A program made the translations under genes and the position numbers. Positions 1 to 5,216 of a stretch of DNA of 34,415 nucleotides are shown here, one piece after another. Numbering within the stretch: the stretch's first letter is position 1; every line of letters begins with the position of its first letter. The notes beneath the pieces were generated by a model. The model had not been told where the DNA came from and did no database searches. It saw only the letters and a program-made list of their open reading frames with translations. This DNA is from a virus. Lineage: Duplodnaviria; Caudoviricetes. The stretch covers positions 1 through 34,415 of IMG/VR virus record IMGVR_UViG_3300047282_000437, one strand, 5' to 3'.

Positions 1-39
1 GTTTTCAAGACAGTTTCCTCGACCAACCGGACCCTCTCC
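1..39 (-). tRNA. tRNA-Ser(TGA), 5' part only (truncated by window edge)
   Basis: Reverse complement GGAGAGGGTCCGGTTGGTCGAGGAAACTGT-CT-TGA-AA-AC: Ser-type GGAGAG start and TGA anticodon loop. Confidence 0.8.
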
Positions 40-72
40 TTATATTCGGTATTCGCAAATAGCAAATACCAA

Positions 73-145
73 CGACCCTGATGGGATTTGAACCCACGAC
101 TTCTACCGTGACAGGGTAGCACTCTAACCGCTGAGTTACAAGGTC
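73..145 (-). tRNA. tRNA-Asp(GTC)
   Basis: GACCTTG/CAGGGTC acceptor stem, CTACC-CT-GTC-AC-GGTAG anticodon arm, GTGGG-TTCAAAT-CCCAT T arm; CCA not encoded. Confidence 0.95.
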
Positions 146-148
146 AAA

Positions 149-223
149 TGGAGCGGAATATCGGATTTGAACCGATGACATCAACCTTGGCAAGGTTGCG
201 TTCTACCACTGAACTAATTCCGC
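149..223 (-). tRNA. tRNA-Gly(GCC)
   Basis: GCGGAAT/ATTCCGC acceptor stem, CAACC-TT-GCC-AA-GGTTG anticodon arm, TTCAAAT T loop, encoded CCA. Confidence 0.96.
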
Positions 224-225
224 AA

Positions 226-303
226 GTGGATCACAAAGGAATTGAACCTCTGAAGAAATTATACCATAGGGCGCCTAGTAATAATTTCCCGTCCAACTGA
301 CCC
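226..303 (-). ncRNA. D-arm-less tRNA-like RNA with alanine identity elements
   Basis: GGGTCA/TGATCC-A acceptor with G3-U70 wobble, CAGAGG-TTCAATT-CCTTTG T arm, long hairpin in place of the anticodon arm, no D stem. Confidence 0.65.
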
Positions 304-325
304 AAAAGTTGCTACAAAGTAGCAA

Positions 326-398
326 TGGAATCTAGGGGACTCGAACCCCTAACCTCTTGCTTGCAAAGCAAATGCTCTACCAATTGAGCTAAGACCCC
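326..398 (-). tRNA. tRNA-Ala(TGC)
   Basis: GGGGTCT/AGATTCC-A acceptor with G3-U70, TT-TGC-AA loop, AGGGG-TTCGAGT-CCCCT T arm. Confidence 0.96.
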
Positions 399-420
399 AT
401 TGTGCCGAAGAATCGGCAAG

Positions 421-496
421 TCCGGATAACAGGATTTGAACCTGTATTTTTCCTGCTCCCAAAGCAGGTGCCATGACCAAGTTAGGCGATATCCGG
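421..496 (-). tRNA. tRNA-Pro(TGG)
   Basis: CCGGATA/TATCCGG acceptor, CCTGC-TT-TGG-GA-GCAGG anticodon arm, ACAGG-TTCAAAT-CCTGT T arm. Confidence 0.93.
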
Positions 497-524
497 GTAA
501 GACAACATTATATATGCTGTCAAG

Positions 525-615
525 TGAGAGAGGAGGGAATCGAACCCCCGATGGTTCTTATGTAACGCTTTTACAGAGCGCCGCCACACATATTGCCGAC
601 AGTAGCCACTCTCCC
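525..615 (-). tRNA. tRNA-Tyr(GTA) with enlarged D arm
   Basis: GGGAGAG/CTCTCTC-A acceptor, GCGCT-CT-GTA-AA-AGCGT anticodon arm, long variable region, TTCGATT T loop. Confidence 0.88.
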
Positions 616-618
616 ATT

Positions 619-709
619 TGGTATCACGTCTCAGATTTCCACTGAGTTTTCCCGGTGCATGTTCCCGGTCGAGTTAACCTACAGTATGGTCGTAGGCATT
701 GATACTCCA
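619..709 (-). ncRNA. Cloverleaf-shaped non-canonical RNA inside the tRNA array (pseudo-tRNA or ncRNA)
   Basis: Closing stem GTATCA/TGATAC enclosing three hairpins CCTAC/GTAGG, CCGG/CCGG and CTCAG-TGGAAAT-CTGAG; lacks canonical TTC and U33. Confidence 0.5.
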
Positions 710-717
710 ATCGTGAA

Positions 718-791
718 TGGGACACCTGGGACTCGAACCCAGAACTTCCACCTTAAAAGGGTGTTACGCTAACCAATTGCGTCAGTGTCCC
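718..791 (-). tRNA. tRNA-Lys(TTT)
   Basis: GGGACAC/GTGTCCC-A acceptor, CACC-CT-TTT-AA-GGTG anticodon arm, CTGGG-TTCGAGT-CCCAG T arm. Confidence 0.94.
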
Positions 792-792
792 A

Positions 793-1209
793 TTAAATAA
801 GTCTAAAATAATCTAATCTTTTCCTATTTGCATTACCCTTATTGAGTGCTTTATAGTTCTCAGTTAAAGAATGGCAATTAGGACAAAGAACTCTTAAATT
901 ATTCTCGTGATTATTTTCACAATTTCCATCAATATGGTCTATTTCCAGTGGAGATTTACCAGTAGATGGGTTGATTTCATTCCAACCACAACGAGAACAT
1001 TTATTATCAGATTTATTTAAAATGTAATCTCTAACTGGTTTTTTCAATCTGAATCCAGATCTCATTCCAGTAGTAAAATCACTTTTCCAATCTTCAATAA
1101 TTTGGTTCTTTTGATATTCTTGTTGACACTTATTTGAACAATACTTACCAACCCTTTGGGAAGGATTATAAGAAAACTCCGTGTCACAAGTTAGACATTT
1201 AGACTTCAT
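793..1209 (-). CDS. HNH endonuclease (free-standing homing endonuclease) with N-terminal Cys motif
   Basis: CSRCG...LEIDHIDGN...NNLRVLCPNCHS HNH/zinc motif; N-terminal CxxC...CSNKC. Confidence 0.9.
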   Translation of the reverse strand: MKSKCLTCDTEFSYNPSQRVGKYCSNKCQQEYQKNQIIEDWKSDFTTGMRSGFRLKKPVRDYILNKSDNKCSRCGWNEINPSTGKSPLEIDHIDGNCENNHENNLRVLCPNCHSLTENYKALNKGNANRKRLDYFRLI

Positions 1210-1291
1210 TTTAGTTAGGTTAGAGCAGTTAGTAGTATTTATTCTACTCTAACTTCACCAAAATGTAAAGTATGATGTGATTTGTATTAAG

Positions 1292-1323
1292 TTTTCAAGT
1301 TTCTTTGAGGACTGCTTCCCTCA
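1292..1323 (-). promoter_or_regulatory. rrn-like boxB hairpin plus boxA antitermination element
   Basis: TGAGG-GAAGCAGT-CCTCA hairpin followed by GAAACTTGAAAA, 11/12 match to the cyanobacterial rrn boxA as I recall it (GAACCTTGAAAA). Confidence 0.55.
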
Positions 1324-1333
1324 CCACTCCCTT

Positions 1334-1389
1334 AGAATACCACAGAGACCGTTGCGGGTCAAGTGGTGTGTGCCAGTTCCGAAAGTGGA
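1334..1389 (-). promoter_or_regulatory. Sigma70-type promoter (array-proximal) with upstream quasi-palindromic motif
   Basis: TTGACC (1362-1357), 17 bp, TG-extended TATTCT (1339-1334); motif TGTGCCAGTTCCGAAAGTGGA at 1369-1389. Confidence 0.75.
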
Positions 1390-1427
1390 TTTGGCAGTTG
1401 GGGTCTCGTTCCCCCACCGATTTACTT

Positions 1428-1485
1428 AGAATACCACCTTTCAGACCGTTGTGGGTGATTGGTGGTCACTTGTGAAACTGTCACA
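1428..1485 (-). promoter_or_regulatory. Duplicated extended -10 promoter (array-distal) with the same upstream motif
   Basis: Repeat of CTTAGAATACCAC..AGACCGTTG.GGGT 94 bp from the first copy; no good -35; motif GGTCACTTGTGAAACTGTCACA at 1464-1485. Confidence 0.6.
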
Positions 1486-1492
1486 AGGTAAC

Positions 1493-1530
1493 AAAAAAGG
1501 GGAGGAAACTTTTGGTTTCTCTCCCCTTTT
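1493..1530 (-). terminator. Intrinsic terminator (attenuator 3:4 hairpin)
   Basis: GGGGAG-A-GAAAC-CAAAA-GTTTC-CTCCCC followed by TTTTTT on the minus strand. Confidence 0.85.
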
Positions 1531-1549
1531 ACTTTTATGTTTGAATGGT

Positions 1550-1663
1550 TTATTCGTTCATAAAAGTAAAAGAGGACTGACTCGCAATATGTCCGCGTGA
1601 ATCCAGATTGGTATTGCTACCAAGTGGATATGTAAATTCGGGTTTTTGCGAAACGATGGTCAT
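1550..1663 (-). CDS. Putative 37-aa leader peptide MTIVSQKPEFTYPLGSNTNLDSRGHIASQSSFTFMNE
   Basis: ATG 21 nt downstream of TATAAATA; 3' codons form the left arm of an 18-bp antiterminator and the stop codon lies in its loop; below the ORF-track size cutoff. Confidence 0.6.
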   Translation of the reverse strand: MTIVSQKPEFTYPLGSNTNLDSRGHIASQSSFTFMNE

Positions 1664-1684
1664 CTTTGTTTTACAAGTGTATTT

Positions 1685-1715
1685 TATTTATAAGACTTTT
1701 TTGGAAAAAAGTCAA
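1685..1715 (-). promoter_or_regulatory. T4-type late promoter overlapping a sigma70-like promoter
   Basis: TATAAATA at 1692-1685; TTGACT-17bp-TATAAA overlaps it. Confidence 0.75.
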
Positions 1716-1716
1716 G

Positions 1717-1789
1717 CAGGCGTACCTGGATTCGAACCAGGGATGAGGAGGTAGAAGCTCCTAGTGATAATCCACTTCACCATACGCCC
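1717..1789 (-). tRNA. tRNA-Arg(TCT)
   Basis: GGGCGTA/TACGCCT-G acceptor, AGGAG-CT-TCT-AC-CTCCT anticodon arm, CCTGG-TTCGAAT-CCAGG T arm. Confidence 0.95.
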
Positions 1790-1881
1790 ATAAGAGACCT
1801 CCCTGTTTGTGCATCGTTGAGAGGCATGAGAGGACGTGGGACTTACAATAAAGGAGTTTGACCTCCCCTGCCCATATGAGT

Positions 1882-1910
1882 ATTTTACCACTCTTTCGAA
1901 CATCCGTCAA
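1882..1910 (-). promoter_or_regulatory. Sigma70-type promoter for tRNA-Arg and its structured leader
   Basis: TTGACG-17bp-TAAAAT with TG extension. Confidence 0.7.
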
Positions 1911-2298
1911 CCCATGGGGAACAAATTCTCATGGGAGGAGCGAGTGCCTTACATTCCTTACTATAGCATACGGTATCGTCGTTTGGCAAGTCCTGATACC
2001 GTGATTGATATTTCTTATTTGCTTCACGAATAATACGATCATACTCTGGAGTTACAGAATCAATTGCCCTATCAATATCTCTCGGAATTCTTCTATTTAG
2101 TTTATCAGAATCGTTGATAATGAACTGATTGAGTATTGTTCCTGGAAAATACGTTCTTTGTATTTCATCAAATAAATCCCAAATAACATTTTCTTTGATG
2201 TGTGTACATTGTGAAAGTGTAACAATAACAGAAGACAATATAATTCCTATGATCGCATATTGTTTGATATCTGGTTTTTTATTTCCAAAGTTAAACAT
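1885..2298 (-). CDS. Hypothetical protein with N-terminal transmembrane segment and Cys-containing C-terminus
   Basis: 137-aa ATG ORF, hydrophobic YAIIGIILSSVIVTL, co-oriented with neighbours. Confidence 0.75.
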   Translation of the reverse strand: MFNFGNKKPDIKQYAIIGIILSSVIVTLSQCTHIKENVIWDLFDEIQRTYFPGTILNQFIINDSDKLNRRIPRDIDRAIDSVTPEYDRIIREANKKYQSRYQDLPNDDTVCYSKECKALAPPMRICSPWVDGCSKEW

Positions 2299-2336
2299 AG
2301 GAAGGGGAAGTTTGCACTCCCCCTATATATCAAAGT

Positions 2337-2978
2337 TTAGGCATCAACAAGAACCAATCGTTTAGCATAGTCATAAGCATATTGTGTTCTTGCTCCATGA
2401 TGTCCCCACGAAATCCAATCATAGGCATAATCCATATACCGATCAATAGATTTACCAGGAGTTTTCATTTTACCTTCAATATCTTTCCACTGAACTTCAT
2501 TGGTCAGATAACGAAGTTGTGTATGAAGTGATGATGGAGAACCACCATATCTCCGAGCAAAGTTACCCAATCCATAATAACGATTAGCGGATGTCCATTG
2601 AATCAGTCCGTAACCGCCTCCGCAGTTACTGTAACTGGTTTTGCTACCACCTTGACAAATGTTAGGAACGAAAGTTGATTCCTGACGAATGTTACCCATG
2701 ATGGTAGCAAGGGCGTTTTTATCTTTAATACCACGATTCTGGAAGTACGCCAGAGTAGCATTTTCTTGTTCATTACACCCTTTACAAATTAACCTTGTCT
2801 CTTTAGGCGTTTCGGGAGCAACCATTCTGGTCGCTGTCTTTGATGTAGGCTCCTCACGAATAATAGAAAATGGTTGAGGACCATTCACAGGCGGAGGAGG
2901 AAACACAGAAGGCAGTGTTGCCGCATTGGTTGTAACCGTTGCCAGAAGGGGCAGGGTTACTGTAAAGAAGTTTTGCAT
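2337..2978 (-). CDS. Phage tail-lysozyme-family (Phage_lysozyme2-like) peptidoglycan hydrolase with signal-like N-terminus
   Basis: ALATIMGNIRQES and GYGLIQWT..R motifs; Pro-rich linker. Confidence 0.82.
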   Translation of the reverse strand: MQNFFTVTLPLLATVTTNAATLPSVFPPPPVNGPQPFSIIREEPTSKTATRMVAPETPKETRLICKGCNEQENATLAYFQNRGIKDKNALATIMGNIRQESTFVPNICQGGSKTSYSNCGGGYGLIQWTSANRYYGLGNFARRYGGSPSSLHTQLRYLTNEVQWKDIEGKMKTPGKSIDRYMDYAYDWISWGHHGARTQYAYDYAKRLVLVDA

Positions 2979-3112
2979 TTAGTTTAATAGAACTCTACAT
3001 CCGTATAGAAGAGGGGTACACCACAACCCTCTCGGGGGGCATCTTCCACGGCTCTAATTGTCACGATCAAAATCTCATGATGTGAGACCCTGCTCATAAC
3101 AGGGATTTGCAC

Positions 3113-3175
3113 ATAATAAGTTAATATTTAGGATTTGTCAACTGTACCAGTTTGTAAAGTGTCCACTCCTAAATA
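3113..3175. promoter_or_regulatory. Divergent promoter region
   Basis: Minus strand TTGACA-17bp-TATTAT (3141-3113) with an internal CTAAATA; motif TGTACCAGTTTGTAAAGTGTCCAC at 3143-3166; plus-strand late-type CTAAATA at 3169-3175. Confidence 0.65.
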
Positions 3176-3197
3176 AGGTATATCAATCTTTAGAACA

Positions 3198-3659
3198 ATG
3201 AAAAAGCTTCTTTTAGCATTTTCGTTATTCTTTATCACTCCAGTAAGTGCCGCTGAAATAACATCCAAAATCACTGACTCTGTACAACTGAATGTACAAG
3301 GAGCAGCAGTCCAATCAACAAGAATTGGAGCATCATACTCAGTTTCTGGTTCCAACATTAAAGCAACAACTTTTGGTGGCGTTGGAACTAGTGGTGCATA
3401 TGATGTCAATACTGCAGGTCAAGCATTTAGTTTTTCTGAAACTAAAAATGCCGCAGATACTCCAGTAACTTCACAAACATGGTCCTCGGGTGCAATTGCA
3501 TCTCCTAATCTTTATGGTGATAGTGTCACACAATTAGCAGGAGACAAAGGAACTCTTGCTGGTACATTATCACCTACAGGTGTTCCGACTGTAACTGCTG
3601 GTGGATCTGGTACAACAGCAACAGGACAAAGATCTATTGAGTTAAGTGTATTCAAATGA
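3198..3659 (+). CDS. Exported Ser/Thr/Gly-rich hypothetical protein
   Basis: Signal peptide MKKLLLAFSLFFITPVSA; beta-strand-like composition; ends ELSVFK. Confidence 0.85.
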   Translation: MKKLLLAFSLFFITPVSAAEITSKITDSVQLNVQGAAVQSTRIGASYSVSGSNIKATTFGGVGTSGAYDVNTAGQAFSFSETKNAADTPVTSQTWSSGAIASPNLYGDSVTQLAGDKGTLAGTLSPTGVPTVTAGGSGTTATGQRSIELSVFK

Positions 3660-4021
3660 AACTTATAACTCCCGTTTTGCTTTTGGCAACGGGAGTCATT
3701 TGTACTCCCGTTTATGGTGAGTCGGTAGTTCCAAATTTTACAAGAGGAACTATTACGGCAACAACAGAAACATCTACAAGAATAGTAGAGACAATACGTC
3801 AAGTTGAATATACTACTGGTACATCATACACTGTGACTGGAACAAATATTAACATTCTTGGTACTCCATCACCAGGTACAAGTTACAGTATTATGACTCA
3901 AGGTGCTCCATTCCAGTTTAGTGAAACCTATCTCGGACCTGGAGTGGCAAAAGAAACATGGATAGAAAGAACAACGGAACAACAATCTACCACAAATTCT
4001 ATATCTGTCTTTACGCAGTAG
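3656..4021 (+). CDS. Exported Thr-rich hypothetical protein
   Basis: Signal-like N-terminus, VVPNFTRG motif, ATGA overlap with the upstream gene, ends SISVFTQ. Confidence 0.85.
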   Translation: MKLITPVLLLATGVICTPVYGESVVPNFTRGTITATTETSTRIVETIRQVEYTTGTSYTVTGTNINILGTPSPGTSYSIMTQGAPFQFSETYLGPGVAKETWIERTTEQQSTTNSISVFTQ

Positions 4022-4524
4022 CATTTTCATTGCCCGCAATCGCACAACAGGCACCGTCTAATACTAACATAGCAGGTCCAAGTGCTAGTGCTACAGGTAG
4101 TGTGACCAATCAGGCAGTACAAGTGCTACAAGGTCCTTTTGCACTTAATACATATGGTTCTGGAGTATCCTGCCAGGGTCCCACAATGAGTATTGCTCCA
4201 TTTGCTTTAGGAAATACTAGTGGAAGTCAAGATCCAGCAACTTACCAATCTCAAAGTGCAAATTTTGGTGTAAGTATGGGATTTAATTTTCCCTTAGATG
4301 GATCACTACAAGAACTCTGTAAGGCAAGAGCAAGAGTTGAGATTACTAGACAACAAGCAGAGGCAGACAAGGCAAGATTGGATTTTGAGTTAGTTCGTCT
4401 TCTTAAATGTGGTGAAGCAATTAAAACTGGTATTAGTTTTCACCCAAGTAGTCCATATTATAAAATATGTGCCGATGTAGTTGTTAAATATCCAACTATC
4501 CAACAATCGGTAATAAGAAAATGA
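3958..4524 (+). CDS. Exported hypothetical protein with Cys residues and coiled-coil C-terminal half (start uncertain)
   Basis: Hydrophobic ICLYAVAFSLPAIA signal-like stretch; four further Cys; operon-coupled. Confidence 0.8.
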   Translation: MDRKNNGTTIYHKFYICLYAVAFSLPAIAQQAPSNTNIAGPSASATGSVTNQAVQVLQGPFALNTYGSGVSCQGPTMSIAPFALGNTSGSQDPATYQSQSANFGVSMGFNFPLDGSLQELCKARARVEITRQQAEADKARLDFELVRLLKCGEAIKTGISFHPSSPYYKICADVVVKYPTIQQSVIRK

Positions 4525-5216
4525 GTACGATTCCTTATATCGGATCTAATGAAGTACAACAAATAGGTATTCAGGGTCCAAGTATCATACCTGCGATTAA
4601 TCCACCAATTGTAGAATCAACTTCACCACCAGTAATCAGGGGATTAGAACTACCAGTGTTTCGTGCTCCCGATCCCACAATCAATTATCCAGTGATTGAT
4701 GTTCCAACTCAAGAAGAATTTGATGCTGCAGTAAGAGCAGAAAAACAAAAACAACAGGAAGCAACGGAGGAAGAAAAAACAAGACAACTACCAGATAGCA
4801 GAATCCCCACTCCCCAATTACCTCAGGTTACTCAAACCTCACCATCTGATCGGGTAACTACTGAACAACCATCCACAAATCTAGGAGTTCCTATAATTGA
4901 AGTACCAATCATCGGGCAAATTCCAATTCCTCCTAAAGAGCAGGTTATTCTTGCTGGCACCACTGCTACTGCTTCTGTTGCTGCGGCTCTTGTTGGGAAA
5001 TCTCTGGTGGAATGGATGGTAGGTAAAATGAAACCTATCGTTCAGCAGATACTTGTAAGGGGCAAGAAACTCTTAAAAAGAGATCTCACCCCATATGAAC
5101 TTCAAATATACTTTGCGTTTGAGAAAAGTCAGTCTCTAAAGAAAGTTAATAAGTTACTCAAAAAAGAACAGAAGAAAGACAAACAAAGGCAATACAAAGA
5201 GTTTCACGAAAAGTGA
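4521..5216 (+). CDS. Pro-rich hypothetical protein with a hydrophobic segment and basic C-terminus
   Basis: ATGA overlap; VILAGTTATASVAAALVG segment; Lys-rich tail. Confidence 0.8.
   Translation: MSTIPYIGSNEVQQIGIQGPSIIPAINPPIVESTSPPVIRGLELPVFRAPDPTINYPVIDVPTQEEFDAAVRAEKQKQQEATEEEKTRQLPDSRIPTPQLPQVTQTSPSDRVTTEQPSTNLGVPIIEVPIIGQIPIPPKEQVILAGTTATASVAAALVGKSLVEWMVGKMKPIVQQILVRGKKLLKRDLTPYELQIYFAFEKSQSLKKVNKLLKKEQKKDKQRQYKEFHEK

Noticed and set aside
226-303. Complete tmRNA gene or intron-containing tRNA
   Set aside because: No tag reading frame or pseudoknot region and no intron-sized insert; kept only as a tRNA-like RNA
5-645. Track ORFs 5..193 and 436..645
   Set aside because: They overlap well-formed tRNA genes and are chance frames
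1331-1456. Direct repeat CTTAGAATACCAC as a possible mini-CRISPR array
   Set aside because: Only two imperfect copies, explained as duplicated promoters; no cas genes in the window
1712-2033. Track ORFs 1712..1903 and 1836..2033
   Set aside because: They overlap tRNA-Arg, its promoter and a better minus-strand gene
2985-3107. Assignment as c-di-AMP (ydaO) riboswitch or T-box
   Set aside because: Diagnostic consensus segments not seen; family left unassigned
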